Source: an uncultured Actinomycetes bacterium
Lineage (GTDB): Bacteria > Actinomycetota > Thermoleophilia > Gaiellales > JAICJC01
DNA length: 64,000 nucleotides
NCBI GenBank assembly: GCA_963718315.1
Contig: CAVQZC010000003.1
Coordinates: 151,748-215,747 of the forward strand
Direction: 5' to 3'
Part shown: positions 9,400-21,098 of the stretch, in pieces
How positions within the stretch are numbered: the stretch's first letter is position 1
How the letters are laid out: every line of letters starts with the position of its first letter
Made by a program: the position numbers and the translations under genes
The notes under the pieces: generated by a model
Told to the model about the DNA's origin: nothing
The model's input: the letters and a program-made list of their open reading frames with translations, nothing else
Database searches by the model: none

Positions 9400-10360
9400 C
9401 AGCGCAGCCTCGCGTGCGGGTCGAGAGCGTCGCGGAGGGCGTCGCCGAGCACGTTCAGCGACACGACGGTGAGGATGATGGCGATGCCCGGCGCGATCGT
9501 CAGCGCCGGCGCGGTGTAGATCTGCGCGCTGCCCTGTTCGATGATGTTGCCCCAGGACGGGGTCAGGATCGGGACGCCGACACCGAGGAACGACAGCGCC
9601 GCCTCGGTCAGGATGTTGTTGGCCACGATCAGCGTCAGCAACACCAGTGCCATCGTTGCTACGTTGGGCAACAGGTCGGAGACCATGATCCGCAGGGAGC
9701 TCGCGCCCATTGCCTCGGCCGCCTCGACGAACTCGCTCTGGCGCAGGGTCAGCACCTGGCCGCGGATGGGCCGCGCCACGTAGGGGATGTAGACGACGGC
9801 GATCACCAGGATCGGGATCGCCAGCGACTGATGACGAGACGTGGATCGGGCCCATGGCGATGCCTCCGACCGCGAACGACGTCGCCAGGGCCACCGCCAG
9901 CAGGTAGACCGGGAAGCGCCCAGATCAGGTCGAGGCCGCGGGAGATCACCGCATCGGCCGCACCCCGCCGGTAGCCGGCGATCAACGCCAGGATCAGGGC
10001 GACGCCGACGCACAGCACGGCGGACGCGAACCCTACGAACAGCGAGATCCGGCCGCCGTACAGCAGACGGACGAACAGGTCACGCCCGTTGGCGTCGGCG
10101 CCCAGCAGGTACGGGCCGCGCAGGCCGGGCCCGATCGGCGTGCCGTCGAGGGCGACGACCGGGATCTTCTTGCCGCCCTCGTGGACATAGCCGTTGATGT
10201 TCTGGTCGTTGGGCCCGTGGTGGGCGACGTAGTTCGCCCACAGCGTGGCGCCCGGGAAGCAGGCGAACACCAGCAGCGCCAGGCCGATGGCCGACACCAT
10301 GGCGGCGCGGTTCCGGCGCAGTCTGCGCCAGGCCAGCGACCAGCCTCCGCGTTGCTCCAT
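9399..10360 (-). pseudogene. ABC peptide/opine-type permease (DppC/OppC-like), two frameshifts near 9915 and 9840
   Basis: Three pieces in three frames: MEQRGGWSLAWRRL...GLDLIWA; FPVYLLAVALATSFAVGGIAMGPIH; SLAIPILVIAVVYIPYVARPIRGQVLTLRQSEFVEAAEAMG. Confidence 0.8.
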
Positions 10361-10363
10361 GGG

Positions 10364-12008
10364 CTACTTCGTGAGGTACATCGAGGGGAACAGCTCGAAG
10401 TAGTTGCCGTTGAAGACCAGGCCCTGCAGGTGCGGCGACACGAACTTCGGCCACTGCCGGTTCATGAACGGCGCCCACGGGGCGACGTTCTTCATGTACA
10501 GGGCGTCGAGCTTCGCCCAGATGGCATCGCGCTTCGGGCCCAGCGGCATCTCTCGCGCCTGGTCGATCATCTTGTTGTAGGCGGGGATGTTCGTGTTGGA
10601 CGTGTTGTTGTTGCCGACGCTGGTGATCTTCTCGCCGTTGAGCAGGACGTCGATGAAGTCCTGGCCCTCGGGGAAGTCCTGGTTCCAGTCGTTGAACGCG
10701 ATCTGCGGGATCGCCCTTCTGGGTGGCGATCGTGTCCCAGTAGACCGACTCGTCCTCGGTCTTCACGCTGGCGTGGAGGCCGATCGAGTTGAGCACGCCC
10801 GGCCATGTACTGCACCGCCTGCGGGGTGGGGTCGGTGTTGTGGCCCCAGACCGTCACGTTGGCCCCCTCGACCCCGGCCTGCTGGATCATCTGCTTCGCC
10901 TTGGCCAGGTTGTAGGGGTAGAAGTTGTGCGCCACGTAGGCCGGTGCGAAGCCGGGCGGCAGGATGTTCTCCGACGGGGTGCCCTGGCCACCGAAGATCT
11001 TCACCAGCGCGCGCCGGTCGATCGCGTAGTTGACCGCCTCGCGCACCGCCAGCTTGTTGAACGGGTACTTCCTCGAATTCATCGTGAAGTACGTGATGTT
11101 GTTGCGGGTGAACAGGTGCACCTGGCTCGGGTACTGCGCCTTGAGCTGGGTCAGGCGGTCGGGCGGCACCGACTCGAAGTACCAGTCCAGCTGGCCGTCG
11201 GCGACCTCGGTCACCGACTGTTCGGGCGTCACGCCGATGGAGACGTCGATCTCGTTCAGGTGCCCGTTCGGCGTGTCCGGTGTCCACGACTTGAAGTTCG
11301 GGTTGCGGGTGATCACGATCTGCTGCTTGGGCGTGTACTTGGAGATCATGTAGGGGCCGGTCGCGACCCTCCACTGTGAGATCGTCGAGACGTCCTTCTC
11401 CGGCGTGCCCTTCGGCATCACGAAGGCAAACGGGATCGCCATGTAGTCGAGGAACGTGCCGTCGGGCTGCGTCAGGTGGAACGTCAGGGTCATCGTCTTG
11501 TCGTCGGCGACGATGCCGGAGATGCCGCCCTTGCGGGTCTGCGCGTACTGCTGAGCGCCGGCGATGCCGGTGTAGAAGCCGACGCCGCCGGAGTCGACCT
11601 GGAACAGGCGCTCGATCGAGTACTTGAAGTCGGACGGCTTGACCTCGCGGCTGACCGGCGGCGAGAACATCACGCCGGAGCGCAGGTGGAAGGTGTAGGT
11701 GAGGCCGTCGCTGCTGACCGTCGGCATCGCCTTGGCGATGTCGGGAACGACCTGTGCGCCGGCTCCGCCGGCCGCCTTCTTGTAGGTCAGCAGGCCGTTG
11801 TTGGTCGCCTCGAGGATCTCCCAGCCCTCGTTGGTGTAGGAGAGGGCGGGGTCGAGATGGTCGGGGTTGTCGGGGATGCCGGCGCGCAGCGTCCCGCCGT
11901 TGACCGGCGTGCCACCGCCCGAGCCGCCGCCCGAGGTCGAGCTTGAGCTACCGCATCCGGCAGCGAACGCCAGGGCGGCGAGCAGCAGGAGCATCTGCCA
12001 GATCCGGG

Positions 12009-12012
<4 letters not shown>
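10364..12012 (-). pseudogene. ABC substrate-binding lipoprotein, family 5 (DppA/OppA-like), two frameshifts near 10798 and 10706
   Basis: Start MTRIWQMLLLLAALAFAAGCGSS (lipobox). SBP_bac_5-like body. The C-terminal 150 aa continue in two other frames (VLNSIGLHASVKTEDESVYWD; QIAFNDWNQDFPEGQDF...MYLTK). Confidence 0.8.
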
Positions 12013-13364
<1,352 letters not shown>

Positions 13365-13368
<4 letters not shown>

Positions 13369-14183
13369 TGCTCCTCCTCACGCCAGGCACCCAGGAAGGT
13401 GCACGTCTCGGCGGCCGCCGCTGCGCCCGCCGCCAACATCGCATCGTGGTCCGCGCCGTCGAGCCGGGCCGATATGGCCGCGGCGATGAACGCGTCTCCG
13501 GCGCCCAGCGTGTCGACCACCTCGACCGCGTCGGCGCCCCGCTCGGTCAGCGTACCGTCGTAGGCGAGGCTGCCGTCGGTGCCGCGGGTGACGACGGCCA
13601 TCCCGGCGCCGGCGTCGACCGCCGACTGCGCTCGGGCGATGGCCTCATCGCGGCTGATCCGCGCTCCGGACAGGAACGCCACGTCGAGCCGGGGGGCGAT
13701 CGCCAGCATCAGCTCCTGGTCGTGCGGGTGCGAGAAGTCGTGCGACACGCGCGGCCCGTGGAGGTCGAGCAGCCAGTGCGACCGCTCCCGCATCCCTGCC
13801 GCGTGCACCCAGGCGCACGTCTCCAGGATCCGCAGGTCTTCCGGGCCCGGCACGTAATGGTCGTTGGCGCCGTGGCGCTCCTCCAGGAAGACGCGCTCGC
13901 CGTCGGGCGTCAGCTCGACCAGCGTGATGCCGGTCGGCTCGCCGCCTGCGACCCGCACCCGCTCGGTCTCGACGCCCGTCTGCCGCAGCGCTTCGACCAC
14001 GGAGCGGCCGTCCTGATCGTCGCCGACGACGCCCATGTAGTGCACGTGGTGCCCGTGCCGGCGCAGGCCGACGGCGACGTTCAGGGCGTTGCCGCCGATC
14101 CGCTGTGCCTCGGTGGGCGCGACGTAGCGGTCGACGCAGTTGTCGCCGATCGACGCCAGCGGCGCACCATTCCTCAGGGCCAC
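13365..14183 (-). CDS. frlD: PfkB-family sugar kinase, fructoselysine 6-kinase (FrlD)-like
   Basis: GTG start at 14183 overlaps the frlB-like stop. SIGDNCVDRY and GGNALNVAV match the E. coli FrlD N-terminus; DTLGAGDAFIAA is the PfkB signature. Confidence 0.8.
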
Positions 14184-15232
14184 CTGGCGCCGTCCTGCGA
14201 GAGCACCTGCCGTCCCATGTAGACGCGGGCGTCGAGATCGTCGATGCCGCGGGCGAGGGTCGCGTGGACGATGAACCACTGCAGCGCGACCTTGAGCACG
14301 AACGGGGTCAGCAGCGGGTGGACGCCGGGGTGGTCGGCGGCGTCGAAGACGAAGGTGCGGGCGCCGTTGGCCTGCATGAACTCGAGCGTGCGCAGCGTCA
14401 TCGCGCGCGACTCGTCGGTGCCGAGCACGACGGCGACGTCGGGCCGCTGCCGCTCCAGCGCCTCGGCGGGCCCGTGGCGGAACTCGCCGCTCTCGATCAC
14501 CGAGCCGTTGATCCGCATGTTCTCCATGAACACGGTCAGCCCGAACTTGTAGGCAAGGCCGTAGAGCGGCCCTGCGCCGACGCAGTAGAGGAGGTCGGAG
14601 TCGCCCAGCCGCTCGGCCAGCTCGCGCCCCGGCTCGCGTGTCGACCGGAAGGCCTCGCCCACCTGTGCCGGCACCTCGGCCAGTCGCTCCATCAGCTCGG
14701 CTGCTTCCCGGTTGCCGTCCAGCCGGCCCCACTCCAGCGCGAGCAGGCTGACCGCCATCAGCGGCAGGCTGTAGAGCCCCGGCGAGTCGTAGGCGAACGT
14801 GTCGTCGGCCTCGCTGCCGATCGGCGAGTCGGCGTCGCGGACGAGCGCCACCGTGCGGGCGCCGCGCTCGCGCGCGAAGCGGAGCGCCGCCAGCGTGTCC
14901 TCGGTTGCGCCCGAGTAGGACGCGAGCACGACCAGTGACTCGGGGCCGAGCCGCCTGGGCGCACGCCAGATCAGGTCGTAGGAGAGGGCGACGTCGCTGG
15001 CTACCGGCGCGAACCTGTCGCACAGGTACTTGCCCGAGTACATGCTGGCCCATGACCCGCCGCTGCCGACGAAGTAGACCGACTGGGTGCCCCGGCTGCG
15101 GGCGTCGGCCGCCAGTGCGCGGACGGCGTCTGCCTGCTCCTGGAGGAAGCGTCCGAGGTCAGCCTCGAGGTGGGGCGAGCTGAAGAGCTCGGAGGTCTGC
15201 GCCTGGGCGATCAGCTGCTCGAGGTCCGGCAT
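14174..15232 (-). CDS. frlB: SIS-domain fructosamine-6-phosphate deglycase (FrlB)-like
   Basis: 352 aa. VYFVGSGGS (SIS). VIESGEFRHGPAE, GTDESR and HPLLTPF align to E. coli FrlB VIESGEFRHGPLE / GNDESR / HPWLAPF. Confidence 0.85.
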   Translation of the reverse strand: MPDLEQLIAQAQTSELFSSPHLEADLGRFLQEQADAVRALAADARSRGTQSVYFVGSGGSWASMYSGKYLCDRFAPVASDVALSYDLIWRAPRRLGPESLVVLASYSGATEDTLAALRFARERGARTVALVRDADSPIGSEADDTFAYDSPGLYSLPLMAVSLLALEWGRLDGNREAAELMERLAEVPAQVGEAFRSTREPGRELAERLGDSDLLYCVGAGPLYGLAYKFGLTVFMENMRINGSVIESGEFRHGPAEALERQRPDVAVVLGTDESRAMTLRTLEFMQANGARTFVFDAADHPGVHPLLTPFVLKVALQWFIVHATLARGIDDLDARVYMGRQVLSQDGARWP

Positions 15233-15256
15233 GTGATAACGCTATCATACCGCCTC
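15233..15256. promoter_or_regulatory. Divergent control region: cre-like LacI operator TGATAACGCTATCA plus two back-to-back leaderless-type -10 boxes
   Basis: Only 24 nt separate the frlB-like ATG (15232) from the lacI-family ATG (15257). Palindrome with central CG at 15234-15247. TAGCGT on the minus strand ends 6 nt before the frlB ATG. TATCAT on the plus strand ends 8 nt before the lacI ATG. Confidence 0.45.
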
Positions 15257-16255
15257 ATGACGGTCACGCTCAAGGACGTCGCTCGGGTTGCCGGCCTGTC
15301 GCAGGCCACCGCGGCGCGTGCGCTCGGCGGGTACGGGTACGCGAGCCCGGATGCGGTCGAGCGCGCTTCCGACGCCGCGCGCCGCCTTGGATACACGCCC
15401 AACGGCGTGGCCCGGGCACTGGTCTCCCGCGCCACCCGGACGGTGGGGCTGGTGGTCGGCGATATCGAGAACCCCTTCTTCGCCGCGGCCGCCCGCGGCC
15501 TGGCCGACGCGCTCGAGGGCGAGGGCCATACCGTGCTGCTGGCCAACTCCGACGAGCACCGGGCCGCGGAGCAGCGGGCGATCGAGGCCCTGCGCTCCCA
15601 CCAGGTCGACGGGCTGGTGCTCGCCTCGGTCGGCCGCGCCGACGACCTGAACGCGATCGCCGCCTCCTCGCCGCTCGTCCTCCTCGATCGCAGCATCCGC
15701 GGCGTCCGCGCCGACTCCGTCACCGTCGACAACCGCGCCGGCGCCCGCCGCGCGGTGGAGCACCTGGTCACTCTCGGCCACCGCCGGATCGGGATCGTGT
15801 CTGACCACCCCTCGATCGCCTCCTCGGCCGAACGCCTGGCCGGCTACCGGAGGGCGCTGAAGGATGCGGGGCTACCCGACGATCCAGGGCTGGTATCGAT
15901 CGGCGGCTCCACCCGCGAGGACGGCCATCGGGCTGCGCGTGCGCTGCTCGACCGCGCCGACCGGCCGACGGCGCTCTTCACGTCCAACAACTTCATGACC
16001 TACGGAGCGGTGCTGGCGCTCAGGGAGCTCGGCCTGTCGGTGCCGGGCGACGTCGCCCTGGTCGGGTTCGACGACCTCGACTGGACGGTCCTCGTCGACC
16101 CGCCGCTGACGGTCGTCAGCCAGCCCGTGGCCGAGCTGGGAGCGACCGCCGGGAGGCTGCTGCTCGCCCGGATCGGCGGCGACGAGTCCCCGCCGCGGCG
16201 GGTCCGGCTACCCGCCCATCTGATCGTCCGTGGCTCGTGCGGAGCGGTGCGGTGA
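15257..16255 (+). CDS. LacI-family transcriptional regulator
   Basis: Start MTVTLKDVARVAGLSQATAARALGG (HTH_LacI), followed by a periplasmic-binding-fold sugar-binding domain. Confidence 0.9.
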   Translation: MTVTLKDVARVAGLSQATAARALGGYGYASPDAVERASDAARRLGYTPNGVARALVSRATRTVGLVVGDIENPFFAAAARGLADALEGEGHTVLLANSDEHRAAEQRAIEALRSHQVDGLVLASVGRADDLNAIAASSPLVLLDRSIRGVRADSVTVDNRAGARRAVEHLVTLGHRRIGIVSDHPSIASSAERLAGYRRALKDAGLPDDPGLVSIGGSTREDGHRAARALLDRADRPTALFTSNNFMTYGAVLALRELGLSVPGDVALVGFDDLDWTVLVDPPLTVVSQPVAELGATAGRLLLARIGGDESPPRRVRLPAHLIVRGSCGAVR

Positions 16256-17385
16256 GCGAGCTCGTCGAGCTGCTGTCGGAGCTGGTCGCGGTCGACTCGA
16301 CCAACCCTGACCTGGTGGCGGGAGGTGCCGGCGAGGCCGAGATCGGCCGCCTGCTGGCCGCCCGGCTGGCGGCCGCGGGGTTGGAGGTGGACTGCTGGGA
16401 TGTCGCTCCCGGCCGCCCGAACGTGGTCGGCCGGCTTGCCGGCACCGGCGGTGGGCGCTCGCTGATGCTGTTCGGGCACATGGACGTGGTGGGAGCCGAC
16501 CCCGGCCAGTTCACGCCCCAGCTGCGGGACGGTCGGCTGCACGGCCGCGGCGCCGTGGACATGAAGGGGGGCATCGCAGCCTGCGTCGCCGCGCTGGAGC
16601 GACTGGCGGCCGGTGCCCCGCTCGCCGGAGACGTCCTGGCGGCCTTCGTCAGCGATGAGGAGTGGGGCAGCGTGGGCGCCGAGGCGCTGGTCGGCCGCCA
16701 CCGGGCCGACGCGTCGGTGCTCGCCGAACCGTCGAACCTCGAGATCGTCGACGCGCACGGCGGCTTTGCCTGGTTCGACATCACCAGCACGGGCGTCGAT
16801 GCCGCCGGCTGGGAGGCCGAGATCGGCGTCGATGCCATCTCCCTCCTGGCTCCTGTGCTGAGCGGCATCGGGGAGCTCGACGCCGCGCTCGCTGGGGCGG
16901 CCACCGAACGCTGGGGGCGGCCGTCGGTGCACGCCTCGACCATCCGCGGAGGCCACACCTACCCGGCTTACCCCGGCACCTGTCAGCTGTCGGTCGAGCG
17001 GTGCCTGGTGCCGGGCGAGTCGGTGGCGCACTCGCAGTTCGAGATCGAGGAGCTGCTGCGCCGCGCTCGCAGCGCCGACGCCAGGTTCCAGGGTTCCTAC
17101 CGCACTGTCATCGCGCGCGAGCCGATGGTGCTTGCGGAGGGTGAGCCGGTGGTGGCCGAGCTGGCCGCCGTCGCAGAGCAGGTGCTGGGCCGCTCGGTAC
17201 CCCGGCGCTGCGACATCGGCTGGGGCGACTCCGGGCTGCTGGTCGAGGCCGGCGTCCCTTGCGTGACCTTCGGGCCGATCGGCGGCGGCGAGCACACGGC
17301 CGACGAGTGGGTCGACCTCGAATCTGTGGAGCGCTGCGCCGAGATCTACGAGCTGGTCGCCCGGTCGTTCTGTAGCGGCCGGTAG
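16252..17385 (+). CDS. M20 family metallopeptidase / deacylase (ArgE/DapE-like)
   Basis: GTG at 16252 (GTGA overlap with the lacI stop, GGAG 7 nt upstream); an alternative in-frame GTG lies at 16237. Motifs LFGHMDVVG, GRGAVDMKGG and SDEEWGS. Confidence 0.85.
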   Translation: MSELVELLSELVAVDSTNPDLVAGGAGEAEIGRLLAARLAAAGLEVDCWDVAPGRPNVVGRLAGTGGGRSLMLFGHMDVVGADPGQFTPQLRDGRLHGRGAVDMKGGIAACVAALERLAAGAPLAGDVLAAFVSDEEWGSVGAEALVGRHRADASVLAEPSNLEIVDAHGGFAWFDITSTGVDAAGWEAEIGVDAISLLAPVLSGIGELDAALAGAATERWGRPSVHASTIRGGHTYPAYPGTCQLSVERCLVPGESVAHSQFEIEELLRRARSADARFQGSYRTVIAREPMVLAEGEPVVAELAAVAEQVLGRSVPRRCDIGWGDSGLLVEAGVPCVTFGPIGGGEHTADEWVDLESVERCAEIYELVARSFCSGR

Positions 17386-17398
17386 CATCGCGCCCACG

Positions 17399-19916
17399 AT
17401 GCCGAGGGATCCACGCCACGACATCCTGTTCGAGCCGGTGCAGATCGGCCCCAAGACGCTGCGCAACCGCTTCTACCAGGTGCCTCACTGCACCGGCTTC
17501 GGGGTCGAGAAGCCGTGGTCGCAGTCACGGCACCGGGCGGTCAAGGCCGAGGGCGGCTGGGCAGCGGTCTGTACCGAGTACTGCGCCGTCAACGCCGAGT
17601 CGGACGAGACGCCGTACGTCGCGGCACGGCTGTGGGACGACCACGACGTGCGCATGCTCTCGGTGATGTGCGACGAGGCGCACGCCGAGGGGTCGCTGGC
17701 GGGGATCGAGCTCGGCCATACCGGCGTGCAGGCCGAGAACTCCGAGTCGCGGCTGGCGTCGGTCGGCCCGTCGCAGCTCGCCAGCGACTTTGCGACCGGG
17801 GTCGTGCCCAAGGAGATGACGAGGTCCGACCTGCGAAGGCTGGTCGACGACTGGGCGCTGGCGGCCCGCCGCTCACGTGACGCTGGGTTCGACATCGTCT
17901 ACGCCTACGGCGGCCACACCTACCTACTTGGTCAGTTCCTCTCGCCCCACTACAACCGCCGCACCGACGCCTACGGCGGGTCGCTGGCCAACCGGGCGCG
18001 GATCTGGCTGGAGGTGCTGGAGGCGATCCGCGACGCCGTCGGCGACGAGTGCGCGATCGCCTGCCGGGTCGCCGTCGACCGACTCGGCGCGCTGGGGGTC
18101 GACCTCGACGAGGGCCTCGAGTTCGTCCGCCTGGCCGACCACCTGGTCGACCTGTGGGACGTCAACGTCGGCTCCATCGGCGAGTGGGCGAAGGACTCCG
18201 GGCCGTCACGGTTCTTCGACGAGGGCTGGCAGTTCGAGAGCACGAAGCGCGTCCGCGAGGCGACCGCCAAGCCGATCGTCGGCGTCGCCCGGCTGACCGA
18301 TCCCGACCTGATGGCCTCGATCATCCGCACCGGGCTGTGGGACCTGATCGGAGCCGCTCGCCCCTCGATCGCCGACCCGTTCCTGCCCACCAAGATCGAC
18401 GAGGGCCGGCTGGACGAGATCCGCGAGTGCATCGGCTGCAACGTCTGCATCTCGAAGGCGGACAGCCGCCGTCACCTGGGCTGTACCCAGAACCCGACTG
18501 CGGGCGAGGAGTACCGGCGTGGGTGGCATCCCGAGCGGTTCCACCCGGTGAAGGATCCCGACCTGGACGCACTGGTCGTCGGCGGCGGCCCGGCCGGGAT
18601 GGAGTGCGCGATCGTGCTTGCCAAGCGCGGCGTGCGCCGTGTTCGGCTGGTGGAGCGGGCGACCGCTGCTCGGCGGCCACCTGGGGCTGGTCACGCGCCT
18701 GCCGGGGCTGGGCGAGTGGGGGCGGGTGGTCGCCCACCGGATGGTGCAGCTGCGCCGGCTGCCCGCGGTCGAGCTGGTCACGGACACCGAGCTGGACGAG
18801 GCGGCGATCCGCGCCGACGGGGCGGACGTGGTGGTGGTCGCGACCGGCGCCCACTGGGCGCGCGACGGCCTGAACGGGTTCACGCGCGGGCCGATCCCCG
18901 GGGCCGACGCCGACCTACCCTGGGTGCTGACGCCCGAGCAGGTGGTGCTCGAGGGCAAGCGGCCGCCGGGCGGGCGGGTCGTGGTCTTCGACGGCGAGGG
19001 CTACTTCACCGCCAGCGCGGTGGCCGAGCTGCTGGCCGCGGAGGGCGCGCAGGTCGAGTTCGTGACCGGCTACGAGACCGTCGCGCCGTTCTGCGCCGAG
19101 ACGCTGGAGGACGCGCTGGTCAAGCAGCGGCTCCATGAGCTGGGCGTCGGCATCCGCCGCGGGGTGAGCGTCACGGCGATCCGCGAGGGCGTGATCGAGT
19201 GCGAGGACGAGTTCGGCGACGCATTCGAGCTGGCCTGCGACGGCATCGTGCTGGCCACTCAGCGGGTGTCGCGCGATGGGCTCTTCCACGCGCTGGAGGG
19301 CTCCCGCGAGCGGCTCTACCGGATCGGCGACTGCGTCGCCCCGCGCCTGATCGCAGAGGCGGTGTTCGACGGCCACCGGCTGGCCCGCGAGATCGACGCC
19401 GCGGATCCGGAGGTGGCGCTGCCGTACCTGCGCGAGCGCCCGATGATGGAGACGCCCGCTGCGGCCGACTATGGCGCTCCGGCGGCGTTGGCGGGCCGGC
19501 CGGATCCCCAGCCCAGATCGGTGCGGATGCTCGACCCGGCCGCTGCGGCGGAGATTGCGGCGCTGCTCCGGGACGCGGACAGCGACGTCGTCATCTGCGC
19601 CGGTCGCGGCGCCGACCTGACCGCGGTCCGCAACCTCGCGGGCCGGTACGGCGCCCGGCTGGCGGTGTCACGTCCGCACGTGGAGGCGGGACGCGCGACC
19701 CGCGCCGAGCTGGTCGGAGCCTCCTCCGAGACGGTCGCGCCTCGCGTGTACCTGGCGCTGGGCGTCTCCGGCGCTCTGCCCCACCTGATCGGGATGCACG
19801 GAAGCGGCACCGTGGTCGCGGTGAACCGCGATCCCGACGCGCGGATCTTCGACTACGCCGACGTCGGTGTGGTGGGCGACTCGGCCGGGCTGGTCGAGGC
19901 GCTCGCGGCACTCTGA
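17399..19916 (+). pseudogene. Trimethylamine/histamine-dehydrogenase-family FMN/4Fe-4S flavoprotein fused to an ETF-alpha FAD-binding domain; one frameshift near 18660
   Basis: YQVPHCTG; ECIGCNVCISK...GCTQNPTAGEEYRRGWHPE; VVGGGPAGMECA; LPGLGEW. The last ~150 aa are in the same frame with no stop: VICAGRG, SRPHVEAG, APRVYLALGVSGALPHLIGM, VVAVNRDPDARIF. The two halves are ORFs 17399-19138 and 18618-19916. Confidence 0.8.
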
Positions 19917-21073
19917 CGGAGGATCTCGCCGGCGGCGCGGACGCCGCTTCGCAGGGCGCCCTCCATGGTGGCGAACCAGACGCCCTCGGTGTGCTCGCCG
20001 GCGAAGGCCAGCGCTCCCACTGGCTCGGCACGGAGACGAGCGTCGGCCGCGGACGCGCCGGTCGAGTAGGCGCCTTCCGGCCAGGTGGAGAGCACCTCGC
20101 CGTCTGCCAGTTCGAGCTCGGGCCGCAATGCCGCCACACGGGCCCGGTAGGTGGCCGCCCCGCGGTCGACCTGCAGCGCCTCCACGGCGGGCGCCGAGCC
20201 TGCAAACGCACTGACGACGGGCGCCACCGGGCCTCCGTCGCGCGCCGTCCACGTCCAGAAGCGCTCGGGCACGCTGAGCACGGAGCTGGGCTCGGGGACG
20301 GCCTGCAACGGGACGAACAGCTTGGCGGCGTCGCCGTAGACCACGCGGGCCAGCGTCTCGCGTTTCCAGTCAGGCAACGGCGGATCGAACTCGATCGCCT
20401 CCGTTGCCTTCGCCGGCACCGCCACCACGCACGCGTCGACCGCGAGCGAGCCGTCGATCCGGACGGCCGCGGCCGTGTGCTCGACGCGCCTGACGGGCGT
20501 CGACAGGTGCACCCGATCGCCGAGCTCCTCGGCGAGCCGATCGGCAATCCGCTGGTTTCCGCCGGCCACCCGCCGCGCCTCGGTGTCGGCGAACAGCTCG
20601 CCGAGCTCGCGGACGGCGGTCGCCGACAGGCGGTCGGTCGGATGCGCGTAGCTGACCGCGATCCGGCAGGCAATCAGCTCGCGGGCGCCTGCGGGGATTG
20701 GCAGGCGCGCCAGCAGCTGGTCGACCGTCAGGCCGTCTCCCTGCCCGGACTCGACGGCCGCTGCGACCGCCGTTGTGGCGGCGTCGAGCTCCTCGGGGGT
20801 CGTCCCGATGCCGCCGCGTGGCTCCCGGCGCGTGAAGCTCATGCCCATCGGCTCCAGCTCGAGGCCGAGCCGCGCCGCCATCTCCGGCACCGCTGTGTAT
20901 CCCGCCGTGACGAACTCGGCACCCATCTCGATCCGGGCGCCGTTCGGGGCATGGGACGTCCAGACCCGGCCGCCGACGCGGTCGCGGGCGTCCAGCACGG
21001 TCACATCCGCGCCGCCACGCGCCAGCGCATCCGCCGCCGCCAGCCCTGCAAACCCCGCCCCGATCACGCACAC
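19853..21073 (-). CDS. Flavin-containing amine oxidase (MAO/putrescine-oxidase family)
   Basis: VCVIGAGFAGLAAADAL...VLDARDRVGGR dinucleotide fold; C-terminal FAGEHT...GALRSG. The start is uncertain (GTG 21073 chosen). The 3' end overlaps the convergent gene by 64 nt. Confidence 0.75.
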   Translation of the reverse strand: MCVIGAGFAGLAAADALARGGADVTVLDARDRVGGRVWTSHAPNGARIEMGAEFVTAGYTAVPEMAARLGLELEPMGMSFTRREPRGGIGTTPEELDAATTAVAAAVESGQGDGLTVDQLLARLPIPAGARELIACRIAVSYAHPTDRLSATAVRELGELFADTEARRVAGGNQRIADRLAEELGDRVHLSTPVRRVEHTAAAVRIDGSLAVDACVVAVPAKATEAIEFDPPLPDWKRETLARVVYGDAAKLFVPLQAVPEPSSVLSVPERFWTWTARDGGPVAPVVSAFAGSAPAVEALQVDRGAATYRARVAALRPELELADGEVLSTWPEGAYSTGASAADARLRAEPVGALAFAGEHTEGVWFATMEGALRSGVRAAGEILRQSAASASTSPAESPTTPTSA

Positions 21074-21098
21074 ACGCGCACGGCGGTCAGTATTCCAC

